A stretch of DNA of 64,000 nucleotides, taken from assembly GCA_964654465.1 (NCBI GenBank), contig CAZZIO010000029.1:12998-76997 (forward strand). The letters are read 5' to 3'. Source of the DNA: an uncultured Dictyoglomota bacterium (GTDB lineage: Bacteria > Dictyoglomota > Dictyoglomia > Dictyoglomales > Dictyoglomaceae). The notes beneath the pieces are model-generated. The model did not search any database, had not been told where the DNA came from, and saw only the letters and a program-made list of their open reading frames with translations. Shown here piece by piece: positions 49,426-59,549 of this stretch (positions within the stretch are counted from its first letter, which is position 1; each line of letters begins with the position of its first letter). The position numbers were made by a program, and so were the translations under genes.

Positions 49426-50271
49426 ATGGAAAATAATGTTTTGGAAAAAATAAAGGAGAAAAAACATTTATTTAGAGAGTCAGAGGAAAAAGTTGCTAAT
49501 TATATATTGACTCGTTGGCAAGAAGTTTTGCACCTTCCAATTACAGAATTAGCTGAAAGAATTGGGGTTAGCGAGGCTACTATAGTAAGAATGTGTAAAA
49601 AAATGGGTTTTAGAGGTTTCCAGGAATTAAAAATAGCGTTGGCTATGGATAAGATTCAACCTATAAAAACAGTACATCAGGCTGTTCAGGAAGGGGATGA
49701 TTTGGAAACAATTTTAAAGAAGATTTTTTCAGCAAATATAAGAGCCATGGAAGCTACTTTGAATGTATTATCTGTGAATGAACTTGAAAGGGCTATTGAT
49801 GCTCTTTGTAATGCAAGGCAAATTCAAATATATGGAGTTGGTGGCTCTGGTCCTGTTGCCCTTGATGCTCAGCACAAGTTCATGAAAACAGGTATTCCTA
49901 CAGTAGCCTATATAGATAGTCATATGATGGCTATGTCTGCTAGTATTTTAGAACCTCAGGATGTTGCTATTGGAATATCAGCATCTGGTAGTAGTAAAGA
50001 TATAGTGGAAGCACTGGCATTAGCAAAAGAAAGAGGTGCCACAACTATAGGGATTACACACTATGCTAAAACCCCTATGGATAGAGTTTTAGATATTAAA
50101 CTATCTGTATCCTCTGAAGAGACTTTCTATAGAACTGAAAGTACTTCAGCTAGGATTGCTCAACTTTCAATAATAGATACTCTTTATATTGGTGTTGCTC
50201 TAAAAAGATTAGATAAGACTATAGAAAACTTGAGGCTTACTCGAGAGGCAATAGTTCCTAAGAGATTTTAA
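49426..50271 (+). CDS. RpiR/MurR family regulator (HTH + SIS)
   Basis: SEATIVRMCKKMGFRGFQELK, YGVGGS, ISASG. Confidence 0.93.
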   Translation: MENNVLEKIKEKKHLFRESEEKVANYILTRWQEVLHLPITELAERIGVSEATIVRMCKKMGFRGFQELKIALAMDKIQPIKTVHQAVQEGDDLETILKKIFSANIRAMEATLNVLSVNELERAIDALCNARQIQIYGVGGSGPVALDAQHKFMKTGIPTVAYIDSHMMAMSASILEPQDVAIGISASGSSKDIVEALALAKERGATTIGITHYAKTPMDRVLDIKLSVSSEETFYRTESTSARIAQLSIIDTLYIGVALKRLDKTIENLRLTREAIVPKRF

Positions 50272-50289
50272 AAGAAGGGAGCGAGGCGT

Positions 50290-51243
50290 TTGGGATTTAA
50301 AGTACTTATTACTCCGAGAAGCTTTGAACATATAAAAGATAAGTTTTGGGGGTTGTTAAAAGATGCAGAGATAGAAGTTGTCATGAATCCCTATGGTAGG
50401 GTTATTAAAGAAGATGAAATGGTAGAACTTGTTAGAGATATGGATGGAATTATTGTTGGTATAGATCCAATAACAAAAAAAGTAATTGATAATGCAAGAA
50501 AATTAAAGGTCATTTCAAAATATGGGGTTGGTGTTGATAATATAGATTTAGAGGCAGCAAAAGAGAGAAATATTGTTGTTACAAATACTCCCAATGCTAA
50601 TAGTAATGCAGTGGCAGAGTTAACTGTAGGTTTAATTATCTCTGTATTAAGAAACATTCCCCTTTCTGATAGGAGGGTAAGGGAAAAGAAATGGGATAGA
50701 TTCATAGGTTATGAATTATATGGAAAAACCCTTGGAGTAATAGGTACAGGAAGTATAGGAAAAAGGGTTATAAAGTTATTAAGAGGCTTTGATTTAAATA
50801 TCCTTTGTTACGATAAGTTTCCAGACTATGAATGGGCAGAGAAAGAAAATGTTAAATATGTAGATTTCAACGAGTTATTAAAGAGGTCAGATATTATAAC
50901 TATTCACATTCCATTAACAGAAGAAACAAGACATTTAATTTCTGAGAGAGAACTATCATTGATGAAGAAAACAGCAATAATAATAAACACATCGAGAGGT
51001 GGAATAATAAACGAAGAAGATCTCTACAAATTTCTAAAAGAAGAGAAAATATATGGAGCTGGATTAGATGTACTTGAAGATGAACCCCCTAAAAACTCAC
51101 CTCTTATTGAACTTAACAATTTAGTAATTACATCTCATATTGGAGCTCATACACAGGAGTCAATAGAAAACATGGCATTTATAGCAGTTGATAACCTTAT
51201 TTCAGTTCTGAAGGGTAAAGAACCTAAATTTAGGGTTTGCTAA
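50290..51243 (+). CDS. D-2-hydroxyacid dehydrogenase (phosphoglycerate-DH-like, no ACT domain)
   Basis: YGVGVDNID, GVIGTGSIG, INTSRG, LDVLEDEP, TSHIG. Confidence 0.9.
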   Translation: MGFKVLITPRSFEHIKDKFWGLLKDAEIEVVMNPYGRVIKEDEMVELVRDMDGIIVGIDPITKKVIDNARKLKVISKYGVGVDNIDLEAAKERNIVVTNTPNANSNAVAELTVGLIISVLRNIPLSDRRVREKKWDRFIGYELYGKTLGVIGTGSIGKRVIKLLRGFDLNILCYDKFPDYEWAEKENVKYVDFNELLKRSDIITIHIPLTEETRHLISERELSLMKKTAIIINTSRGGIINEEDLYKFLKEEKIYGAGLDVLEDEPPKNSPLIELNNLVITSHIGAHTQESIENMAFIAVDNLISVLKGKEPKFRVC

Positions 51244-51351
51244 ATTATGAGAATTGGGGGTGGGAATGGAAGTATAAAACTGTTGGGATGCTTAAGATTT
51301 TTAAAGATCTCAGTTTTTAAGTAAGAAATGTTACAGGGAGGTAGGTAAAAA

Positions 51352-52338
51352 ATGAAAAAGTTTCTAACGTTATTTACTTTAGTTTTATTGATTTTAGTGG
51401 TACCACTTTTTGCTCAAGCCCCCAAATATGTTTTAAAGTTTAATCATGTGCTTTCTCCTCTTGATCCATATCATGAAGGATTCTTAAAATGGGCAAAGGC
51501 AGTAGAAGAGAGAACAAAGGGTGGTTTAAAGATAGAAGTATATCATAGTGCTCAACTTGGAGTAGAAGAGGATATATTAGAGCAGATTAGACAAGGAGCT
51601 AATGTAGGTCAAAATACTGATGCTGCAAGAATGGCTATGTATTTACCAGAAATTGGAGTTATGAATTGTCCATATTTTGTAGATTCTGTGGATGAGGTAG
51701 CAAAACTCAAGAAAATGCCAACAGTACATAATTGGTTGAAGACTCTGGAAGAAAAGTATGGCTTTAAGGTACTATCTTTTACTTGGGTACAAGGCTTCAG
51801 GCATTTTATGACAAATAAGCCTATTAGGAAGCCTGAAGATCTCAAAGGCTTAAGAATTAGGACTCCTGGTACTCCTGTTTGGCAAGAATCTATTCGTGCT
51901 CTTGGAGCAACTCCTGTTGCACTTGCTTTTGGTGATGTATATCCTGCTCTTCAACAGAAGGCTATCGATGGAGTAGAATTGGTTTATAATAATATACCTG
52001 GAATGAGACTTTATGAGGTTTTGAAGTATGTTAATGAAACAAGACATATTCTCCTTATAAATTTTGAGGTAGTAAGCGCAAAATGGTTTAGAAGTTTACC
52101 TCCTACGTATCAAAAGATTCTTGAAGAAGAATGCGATAAAGCAGGATTGGAAACTACAAAAGTGGTATTCCAGAAGGAAGAGGACGTAAAGAGATTAATT
52201 CAAGAAAAAGGAATGATTGTAGTTCCTATGAAAGATATTGATCTTGATGCCTTTAAAAAGGCTGGAGAAAAGGCATATGAAGTATTGAAAGTTAAGGAAG
52301 TAAAAGAAAGAATCTGGAAAGAGTTGAGAAAGAAGTAA
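51352..52338 (+). CDS. dctP: TRAP transporter substrate-binding protein DctP
   Basis: Signal peptide, GFRHFMTNKPIRKPEDLKGLRIR, YPALQQKAIDG. Confidence 0.92.
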   Translation: MKKFLTLFTLVLLILVVPLFAQAPKYVLKFNHVLSPLDPYHEGFLKWAKAVEERTKGGLKIEVYHSAQLGVEEDILEQIRQGANVGQNTDAARMAMYLPEIGVMNCPYFVDSVDEVAKLKKMPTVHNWLKTLEEKYGFKVLSFTWVQGFRHFMTNKPIRKPEDLKGLRIRTPGTPVWQESIRALGATPVALAFGDVYPALQQKAIDGVELVYNNIPGMRLYEVLKYVNETRHILLINFEVVSAKWFRSLPPTYQKILEEECDKAGLETTKVVFQKEEDVKRLIQEKGMIVVPMKDIDLDAFKKAGEKAYEVLKVKEVKERIWKELRKK

Positions 52339-52359
52339 TAGTATAAATCAAAGTTAATA

Positions 52360-52387
52360 TATGGGGAGCCTTTATAGGCTCCCCATA
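52360..52387 (+). terminator. 12-bp hairpin after dctP
   Basis: TATGGGGAGCCT-ttat-AGGCTCCCCATA. Confidence 0.65.
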
Positions 52388-52415
52388 AGTTTGTTTAATA
52401 AAGGGGGAAGATTAA

Positions 52416-52895
52416 ATGAGGAAGGTATATGAAATTTTTGGAAAAGTAGAAGAATTTATTTCAGGAGTTTTTTTAGTAGCTATAGTTACACTGGTATTTA
52501 TTGGTGGAGTGGCAAGGTTTCTTCATAATCCTATTTATTGGGCAAATCCTCTTGCAAGTTTTCTATTTGCGTGGGCTGCTATATTAGCAATGGATACTGC
52601 TTATAGACAGGATAAACTTATGAATGTAGATTTTTTGGTGAAAAGATTTTCAAAGAGAGTTCAAGGTTATATAAGAATATTTAACTATTTAGTGATTTCT
52701 GGTTTTTTAATATACCTAATTATATTTGGTGTTAGACTGTCTTTTATACAGAGATATAGGACTTTTGAAGGGATGTATGGTTTTAGTTATATGTGGGCTA
52801 CTTTAAGTATTCCTTGTGGGGCTATTTTCCTTTTAATAACCACTTTAGTAAAGATTATTGATGAAATAAAAGGTTTACAAAATAGGAGGAATTAA
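52416..52895 (+). CDS. dctQ: TRAP transporter small permease DctQ
   Basis: 4 TM segments, between dctP and dctM. Confidence 0.88.
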   Translation: MRKVYEIFGKVEEFISGVFLVAIVTLVFIGGVARFLHNPIYWANPLASFLFAWAAILAMDTAYRQDKLMNVDFLVKRFSKRVQGYIRIFNYLVISGFLIYLIIFGVRLSFIQRYRTFEGMYGFSYMWATLSIPCGAIFLLITTLVKIIDEIKGLQNRRN

Positions 52896-52897
52896 AC

Positions 52898-54181
52898 ATG
52901 CTATTAGTTATCATATTTTTCTTTCTATTTATGCTTCTTGGTATGCCGGTAGTTTTTGCCATAGCTATTTCAGGATTTTTATTTTTTCTACAACATCCTG
53001 AAATTCCAATTACTACTCCAATTCAACAACCTCTTTCTCAAACTATAAATTTTGCACTTCTTGCGATTCCCTTATTCATAACAGCAGGAAATATGATGAA
53101 TAAAACAGGCATAACTAAGAGATTAATAGATCTATCCGTGATTTTAGTAGGACACCTGAGAGGTGGTCTTGCCCAGGTAACTTGTGTCCTTTCTGCTTTA
53201 ATGGGTGGTGTATCCGGTTCTGCCATAGCTGATGCTGCTATGGAAGCTCGCATGCTTGGTCCTGAGATGATAAGAAGGGGCCTTCCTAAGGGATATGCAG
53301 CAGGAGTATTAGTTTATTCTTCATTAGAAGTGCCAACAATTCCGCCCAGTATTGGATTAGTACTTTTTGGAACTATTGCTCAGGTTTCAATAGGTAGACT
53401 TTTTGCAGGGGGAATAGTACCAGGTCTTTTAATAATGGTATATCTTATGATAACAGTCGCAATTACAGCTAAAATTAGAAATTTTGCTCCTTTAAGGGAA
53501 AAGAGACCTTCTGCTAAGGAAGTAGCCACAGGTTTTCTAAAGAGTATATGGGCAATTCTTTTCCCTATCATATTACTTGTTGGACTTAGAGGGGGATTTT
53601 TTACTCCTTCTGAGATAGGAGCTCTTTGTGTAGTATATGCGGTATTGGTTGGACTTTTGGCTTATAGAGAACTTAATTTTAATAATTTCGTAGAAGCCTT
53701 GAAAAGTTCTGTTACTGATATAGGAGCTACCATGTCCTTAATTGCTTTTTCAAGTATTTTTTCTTATGGTATAGTATGGGAAAGAATCCCAGAATTAATA
53801 TCAAACTTTATTTTAGGGATAACTAATAATCCTTTTGTGTTCCTTCTTATTTTAATTGTAATTCTTCTTATAGCTGGATCTTTTATTGATGCTACAGTTC
53901 TCATCTTGATGTTAACTTCCATATTTTTCCCAATAGCAATAAAGCTTGGAATTGATCCAATACATTTTGGTCTTATATTTGTAATTGCTTGTGCTGTTGG
54001 TAATTTTACACCCCCAGTAGGAGCAGCTATGTATGCTGTATGTACCATATTAGATGTCTCCTTAGAAGAATATTTAAAAGAATCGTGGCCATTTCTTGTA
54101 GCTATTGTTATTGCGATTATTACTATAATTTTATATCCAGATTTAGTACTGTTTATTCCTAACTTAATATTTGGAAAATAG
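52898..54181 (+). CDS. dctM: TRAP transporter large permease DctM
   Basis: LLAIPLF, GGVSGSAIAD, IPPSI, TPSE, TPPVG. Confidence 0.93.
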   Translation: MLLVIIFFFLFMLLGMPVVFAIAISGFLFFLQHPEIPITTPIQQPLSQTINFALLAIPLFITAGNMMNKTGITKRLIDLSVILVGHLRGGLAQVTCVLSALMGGVSGSAIADAAMEARMLGPEMIRRGLPKGYAAGVLVYSSLEVPTIPPSIGLVLFGTIAQVSIGRLFAGGIVPGLLIMVYLMITVAITAKIRNFAPLREKRPSAKEVATGFLKSIWAILFPIILLVGLRGGFFTPSEIGALCVVYAVLVGLLAYRELNFNNFVEALKSSVTDIGATMSLIAFSSIFSYGIVWERIPELISNFILGITNNPFVFLLILIVILLIAGSFIDATVLILMLTSIFFPIAIKLGIDPIHFGLIFVIACAVGNFTPPVGAAMYAVCTILDVSLEEYLKESWPFLVAIVIAIITIILYPDLVLFIPNLIFGK

Positions 54182-54193
54182 GAGGGATATATT

Positions 54194-54952
54194 ATGAATT
54201 TTAAAGATAAGGTTGTTCTTATTACAGGTGCAGGTTCTGGTATTGGAAGAAAGACTGCCATTATGTTTGCTGAAAGAGGGGCAAAAGTCGCTGTAAATGA
54301 TATATCTGAGGATAGAGGAGAGGAAACAGTAAAAATTATTAAAGATCAAGGGGGAGAAGCTATTTTTATTTTAGGGGATGTATCATCGCCAAAGGATGCC
54401 CAAAGGATTATTAAAGAGGTAGTAAATACATTCGGGAAAATTGATATTTTAGTTAACAATGCTGGAATAGTAGTTTATGGAAAGGTGGAAGATACCTCAG
54501 AAGAAGATTTTGATAAAACTATGCTTGTAAACGTTAAAGGACCATTTTTCTTATCCAAATATGCTGTGATGGAAATGAAAAAACAAGGTGGAGGAGTTAT
54601 TGTCAATATTTCTTCAGAGGTTGCTCTAAGGGCAATTCCAGAAAGGTGTGCCTACAGTGTTTCTAAAAGTGCAATTCTTGCTCTTACAAAATCACTTGCG
54701 ATTGATTATGCAAGAGATAATATTAGGGTAAATGCGGTATGTCCTGGAACAACTTTTACTCAAGGACTTGCCGAAAGATTACAGAAATTGCCAAATGCTG
54801 ATGAGGTTCTTAAACAAATGTCTGAAAGAAGACCGATAGGAAGACTTGGAAAGGAGGAAGAGATTGCTTTTGCAATACTTTTTGCTGCTTGTGAGGAAGC
54901 AGGGTATATGACTGGAAGTATAATTTCTATTGATGGTGGTTTTACTGCTTAA
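54194..54952 (+). CDS. Short-chain dehydrogenase/reductase
   Basis: TGAGSGIG, NNAG, YSVSK, IRVNAVCPG. Confidence 0.93.
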   Translation: MNFKDKVVLITGAGSGIGRKTAIMFAERGAKVAVNDISEDRGEETVKIIKDQGGEAIFILGDVSSPKDAQRIIKEVVNTFGKIDILVNNAGIVVYGKVEDTSEEDFDKTMLVNVKGPFFLSKYAVMEMKKQGGGVIVNISSEVALRAIPERCAYSVSKSAILALTKSLAIDYARDNIRVNAVCPGTTFTQGLAERLQKLPNADEVLKQMSERRPIGRLGKEEEIAFAILFAACEEAGYMTGSIISIDGGFTA

Positions 54953-54986
54953 AGGGGGAGATCCTAGGATCTCCTCCTTAATTTTT
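54952..54986 (+). terminator. Intrinsic terminator after the SDR gene
   Basis: GGAGATC-ctag-GATCTCC core stem followed by TTAATTTTT. Confidence 0.6.
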
Positions 54987-55143
54987 AAAGATTTTTTGAA
55001 ATAGATCTCTTAATTTTTCACTCTTTTGAAATCATAAAGATACATCCATAGTATTGAAAATTTTTTGCATTTTTGTTTAAAATGAGTTATAATCATTTCC
55101 TGAAAACCATACTAAAATGATAGGAATAAAGGAGGTAATATTG

Positions 55144-56322
55144 ATGGATAAAAGGGAAATTAGAGATGGGATATACTATGTGGGGGCTCAGGATTGGAAT
55201 AGAACCCTATTTGATGCCCTGATCCCATTACCAGATGGTACAAGTTATAATGCTTATTTGATCATAGGAGGTGAAAAGATAGCGTTAATTGATACTGTAG
55301 ATCCAACAAAAAAAGATGTCCTTTTTGAATATTTAAAGGATGTAGATCATATAGATTATGTTATATCTCAACATGCTGAGCAAGACCATTCTGGAAGTAT
55401 TCCTTTTGTATTGGAAAGATATCCATCAGCAAAAGTAGTAACAAATCCAAAAGGTAAAGAGCTACTTATGAGTCATTTACATATACCTGAAGACAAATTT
55501 ATTACTGTAAATGACGGTGAAACATTATCCTTAGGAAATAAGACATTAAAATTTATTTATGCTCCTTGGGTTCATTGGCCAGAAACTTTTGTATCTTACC
55601 TTTTAGAAGATAAAATTCTTTTTACATGTGATTTATTTGGTTCTCATTTGGCCACATCAGATCTTTTTGTGGAGGATGAAGGTTTAGTGTATGAGGCTGC
55701 AAAAAGATATTATGCAGAGATTATGATGCCTTTTAGAAATATAATTCAGAAAAATTTAGAAAAGATTAAAGATCTTAATATAGATATTATAGCTCCAAGT
55801 CACGGTCCAGTTTATAAAAACCCATCCTTTATAATAGATGCTTATAAAGATTGGATAAGCGATAACCCAAAGAATTTGGTTGTGGTTCCATATATTTCTA
55901 TGCATGATAGTACAAAGATTATGGTAGATTATTTTGTAGATAGATTAATTGAAAAAGGAATAAAAGTACAAATTTTTGACCTTACTGTAGCAGATATTGG
56001 AAAGATCGCTATGTCTTTAGTTGATACAGCTACTTTAGTTATAGGTACTCCTACAGTGCTTGCTGGACCTCATCCTAAGGTATTGTATGTAACCTATCTT
56101 GCTAATATTTTAAAGCCAAAGGTAAAGTTTGCCACCGTGATTGGTTCTTACGGATGGGGTGGTAGGACTCTTGACATCATAAAGAGTAACTTAACAAATC
56201 TTAGTGTAGAATTAATAGATCCAGTTTTAGTAAAAGGATTTCCTAAATTAGAAGATTTTAGATTACTTGATGAGCTTGCTCAAAAGATTTATAACAAACA
56301 TAAAGAAATAGGAGTATTATAG
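55144..56322 (+). CDS. fprA: Flavodiiron protein (FprA, A-type flavoprotein; O2/NO reductase)
   Basis: GTSYNAY, HAEQDHSG, HWPE, CDLFG, PSHG diiron ligands; flavodoxin GSYGW; SD GGAGG before TTG/ATG at 55141/55144. Confidence 0.92.
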   Translation: MDKREIRDGIYYVGAQDWNRTLFDALIPLPDGTSYNAYLIIGGEKIALIDTVDPTKKDVLFEYLKDVDHIDYVISQHAEQDHSGSIPFVLERYPSAKVVTNPKGKELLMSHLHIPEDKFITVNDGETLSLGNKTLKFIYAPWVHWPETFVSYLLEDKILFTCDLFGSHLATSDLFVEDEGLVYEAAKRYYAEIMMPFRNIIQKNLEKIKDLNIDIIAPSHGPVYKNPSFIIDAYKDWISDNPKNLVVVPYISMHDSTKIMVDYFVDRLIEKGIKVQIFDLTVADIGKIAMSLVDTATLVIGTPTVLAGPHPKVLYVTYLANILKPKVKFATVIGSYGWGGRTLDIIKSNLTNLSVELIDPVLVKGFPKLEDFRLLDELAQKIYNKHKEIGVL

Positions 56323-56334
56323 AAAGGGAGAGGA

Positions 56335-57150
56335 CTATTTCTCTCCCTCTCTTTTAATTATCTCCTCATTCATACTTCCTGTCCTATATCCTTCTAAATC
56401 TAAGGTTATATATTTGTAACCAAGGCTTTTCAATTCTTTTATAATTTTATCCTTTAAACTTAATATTAAATCAAAGTCTTTTTCTTCAATTTCTATTCTT
56501 GCCACATTATTATGATCTCTTACTCTTATTTGTTTGATTCCTAAATTTCTTATAAATTCTTCTGATAATTCAATCCTTTTCAGTCTTTCTTTTTCTATCT
56601 TCTCTCCATATGGTATTCGGGTAGCAAGACAAGCAAGAGATGGTTTATCATAGGTTGGTAAGCCAAACATTTGGGAAAGTTTTCTTATTTCATCTTTTGT
56701 TAACCCTACTTCTAAGAGAGGACTTCTAATTCCCAGTTCTTTTATAGCCAATCTTCCAGGTCTATAATCCTTAAGATCATCTGCATTACTTCCTTCTATT
56801 ATATGCTCTATATTGTTTTCTTTGGATATTTCTAATATTTTTTTGAAGTTTATTTTTTTACATATATAACATCTTTCTGGAGAATTATTTATGAACTCTG
56901 GATTTTGAAGAATACTTTCATCTTCTACAATTATGTGTTTAACTCCTAATGTTTCTGCTAATTTTTTAGCCTCTTCTATCTCCTTTTTAGGAAATAATGG
57001 AGAAACTAAGGTTACTGCTAATACATTATCTTTTAATACCTCTTTTGATACCTTTAGAAGAAAGGTGCTATCTACTCCACCAGAATATGCAACTGTAACT
57101 TCACCTAATTCTTTTAACAGAGACCTTAATTTTTCTAATTTTTCTTCCAT
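56335..57150 (-). CDS. larE: LarE-family ATP-dependent sulfur transferase (NPN cofactor synthesis)
   Basis: PP-loop AYSGGVDS, RCYICK, GSNADD..RPG, KPSLACLATRIPYG, DLEGYRTGSMN. Confidence 0.9.
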   Translation of the reverse strand: MEEKLEKLRSLLKELGEVTVAYSGGVDSTFLLKVSKEVLKDNVLAVTLVSPLFPKKEIEEAKKLAETLGVKHIIVEDESILQNPEFINNSPERCYICKKINFKKILEISKENNIEHIIEGSNADDLKDYRPGRLAIKELGIRSPLLEVGLTKDEIRKLSQMFGLPTYDKPSLACLATRIPYGEKIEKERLKRIELSEEFIRNLGIKQIRVRDHNNVARIEIEEKDFDLILSLKDKIIKELKSLGYKYITLDLEGYRTGSMNEEIIKREGEK

Positions 57151-57283
57151 ATTGTATCCTCCTTAGGTGTTTTTCCTTAAACAGTATACTAAAAAGGTAC
57201 AAATTGTGGAATAAAATATTAAAAATAAAAACTTGAAATATATGATATAATTTAAAAAATATATAGTTGTTAAAAAGGCAAGC

Positions 57284-57685
57284 ATGATAAAGCGTTTTGG
57301 TGTTTCTATTGAAAAAGATTTATTAAAAGCCTTTGACAAGATTATTGAGGAAAAGGGCTATAATAGCAGATCAGAGGCAATAAGAGATATTATAAGGGAT
57401 TATATAGTAAGAGAGAAATGGAATGTAAAGAAAGAGAAGGTAGTAGGAAGCATAAGCTTGGTATATGAGCACGATGTATATGGTTTGGCAGATAAACTTA
57501 CTGATATCCAACATCATTATCATGATGTGATAATTTCTACGTTGCACGTACATTTTGATGAGAAAAATTGTTTAGAAGTGATATTAGTAAGAGGAAGAGT
57601 AGAGAAGATTAAAAAGCTATATGATGAGCTTTCTTCATTAAAGTGGGTAAGACATACCAATATTTCAATAACTGATATTATTTAA
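57284..57685 (+). CDS. nikR: Nickel-responsive regulator NikR
   Basis: RFGVSI ribbon, SRSEAIRD, YEH, QH, HVH...CLE. Confidence 0.95.
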   Translation: MIKRFGVSIEKDLLKAFDKIIEEKGYNSRSEAIRDIIRDYIVREKWNVKKEKVVGSISLVYEHDVYGLADKLTDIQHHYHDVIISTLHVHFDEKNCLEVILVRGRVEKIKKLYDELSSLKWVRHTNISITDII

Positions 57686-57702
57686 ATTTTTTTGTTTTTA
57701 TG

Positions 57703-57730
57703 GTAACATTTTTTTTAAAATTAATGTTAC
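57703..57730 (+). promoter_or_regulatory. NikR-type operator GTAACA-N16-TGTTAC
   Basis: 8-bp inverted repeat GTAACATT/AATGTTAC; hexamers have the N16 spacing of the E. coli NikR site; abuts the nikM SD. Confidence 0.75.
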
Positions 57731-57745
57731 GGAGGTGACTAAATA

Positions 57746-58426
57746 ATGCATATACCTGATGGATATTTGGGACCTCAAACATATGGTAGTATGTTTGCTG
57801 TTATGGTATCTTTATGGGCAAAGGCTTATTCTTCTATGAAGAAAAAAGTAAAGGAAGAAACTATTCCCTTAATTGCTATAGGGGCATCTTTTTCTTTCGT
57901 TATAATGATGTTTAATATTCCTATTCCTGGTGGTACTACAGGACATGCTGTAGGAAGTGTTCTCCTTTCAGTACTTTTTGGACCTTGGACAGCTCTTATA
58001 CTTACCTCTATTGTGCTTATAATACAGGCTTTAATCTTTGGAGATGGGGGTATCACAGCAATTGGAGCTAACTGTTTTAATATGGCTTTTGCTATGCCTT
58101 TTGTTGGATACTTTATTTATAGGTTGATAAGAGGTAAAACTCCTATATCTTCTAAAAGATCTCTTATAGGTGCAGGAGTAGGATCTTATATAGGTCTAAA
58201 TATAGCTGCATTATTAACAGCTTTAGAACTTGGAATTCAGCCAATTATATCTAAGGATTCTCAAGGATTACCTTTATACTGTCCTTATCCTTTAAAAGTT
58301 ACAATTCCTGCTATGATGATAGAGCATTTATTATTGTTTGGAATAGTAGAAGCTGTAGTTACTGTTTTAGTACTATATTATCTTGTTAAGACTGGTACTA
58401 TAAAGGAGGAAAGTTATCATGTATAA
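57746..58426 (+). CDS. ECF nickel/cobalt transporter substrate component (NikM/CbiM)
   Basis: N-terminal MHIPDGYL, GGTTGH, QALIFGDGG. Confidence 0.92.
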   Translation: MHIPDGYLGPQTYGSMFAVMVSLWAKAYSSMKKKVKEETIPLIAIGASFSFVIMMFNIPIPGGTTGHAVGSVLLSVLFGPWTALILTSIVLIIQALIFGDGGITAIGANCFNMAFAMPFVGYFIYRLIRGKTPISSKRSLIGAGVGSYIGLNIAALLTALELGIQPIISKDSQGLPLYCPYPLKVTIPAMMIEHLLLFGIVEAVVTVLVLYYLVKTGTIKEESYHV

Positions 58427-58754
58427 AACGAAAAAGCTATTTATTGGTATTTTCATACTTGTTCTTCTTTCTCCTTTAGGTATTTTATTACCTTACTTTT
58501 TTAGAGCTGGATCTGCTTGGGGGGAGTGGGGACCTGATGAACTTAAGGAAATGATTGGGTATGTTCCAAAGGATCTTGAAAGACTTTCTTCTTTTTGGAA
58601 TCCTGTCTTTCCGGATTATAATCTTAAAAGTTGGATTGAAAAGGGACTTTTTTATGAGATCTTAGGATATTTAATTACTGGGTTGATAGGTACTGCTATT
58701 GTAATTATTGTAACATATCTTATAATCATAGTTAATAAGAAAATACAGAAATAA
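58419..58754 (+). CDS. ECF auxiliary component (NikN/PDGLE-type)
   Basis: LSPLGI...AWGEWG...PVFPDY, 2 TM segments. Confidence 0.8.
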   Translation: MYKTKKLFIGIFILVLLSPLGILLPYFFRAGSAWGEWGPDELKEMIGYVPKDLERLSSFWNPVFPDYNLKSWIEKGLFYEILGYLITGLIGTAIVIIVTYLIIIVNKKIQK

Positions 58755-59549
58755 ATGAGTAATTATGTTGATAAAACTATATTAGAACTAAGTAGATTCT
58801 TAGAGGACACTCTAATTTTTAAAAAGTTAGAGTGTCCTTATTTTTGTAAGAAAATTTCAGAGAAAGTAAGATTTTTTTCTGTCATAATGTCCATTATATT
58901 TATTACCCTTTTTAAAAGTCTGTATTTGCTTTTATTCTCTAATATTTTGATATTAATCTTAATTCTTTTTGTCCGGATAGATCTGAGGAATTTTTGTAAA
59001 AGGGTGCTATCCTTTGGATTATTATTTTCTTTTATAATTATTCTTCCATATATTTTCTTTAATCCTATAACTTTTTCTTTAGGTTTCTATAAGGAAGGAT
59101 TGGAAGTAGCTTTAAGATTCTTTCTAAGAATATTAGCATCTATTTCTCTGATACAATTCTTATTATTTACTAGTTCTTGGGTTGAGATTATAAAAGGTTT
59201 AAGGAGTCTTTTTGTACCATCACTTATAATATATATTATTGCCATGACTTATCGATATATCTTTTTGCTGGTTACTTTGGCTTTAGAAATGTTTTTGGCT
59301 AAGAAAAGTAGAATGATAAATTATGAATTAAGAAGAGAATACGCTTGGATTGGTGGTAGTATGTCTCTTTTATTTCTAAAATCTCAGGAACTTATGAAAG
59401 AAGTTTCTCAAGGAATGACCTCAAGAGGTATAAGTAAGAGATTTAAAATCCCTATGAATAATGGATTAAAAAAGGAGGATTATATTTTTGTGAGTATATT
59501 GATTTTATTTTGGGGAGTTTTGTTATGCATGGACCAATTTTTAAGTTAG
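58755..59549 (+). CDS. ECF transmembrane component (CbiQ/NikQ)
   Basis: MTYRYI, AKKSR, MTSRG coupling motifs. Confidence 0.85.
   Translation: MSNYVDKTILELSRFLEDTLIFKKLECPYFCKKISEKVRFFSVIMSIIFITLFKSLYLLLFSNILILILILFVRIDLRNFCKRVLSFGLLFSFIIILPYIFFNPITFSLGFYKEGLEVALRFFLRILASISLIQFLLFTSSWVEIIKGLRSLFVPSLIIYIIAMTYRYIFLLVTLALEMFLAKKSRMINYELRREYAWIGGSMSLLFLKSQELMKEVSQGMTSRGISKRFKIPMNNGLKKEDYIFVSILILFWGVLLCMDQFLS

Noticed and set aside
51255..51350. SD-like GGGGGTG plus ATG GAA GTA TAA and a loose AAAACTG...CAGTTTT hairpin before dctP
   Set aside because: A three-codon ORF and weak pairing cannot be told from chance or a gene scar
57151..57745. Cobalamin or NiCo riboswitch upstream of the ECF transporter
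   Set aside because: The gaps are short and AT-rich with no conserved riboswitch core; a NikR-type operator explains the regulation
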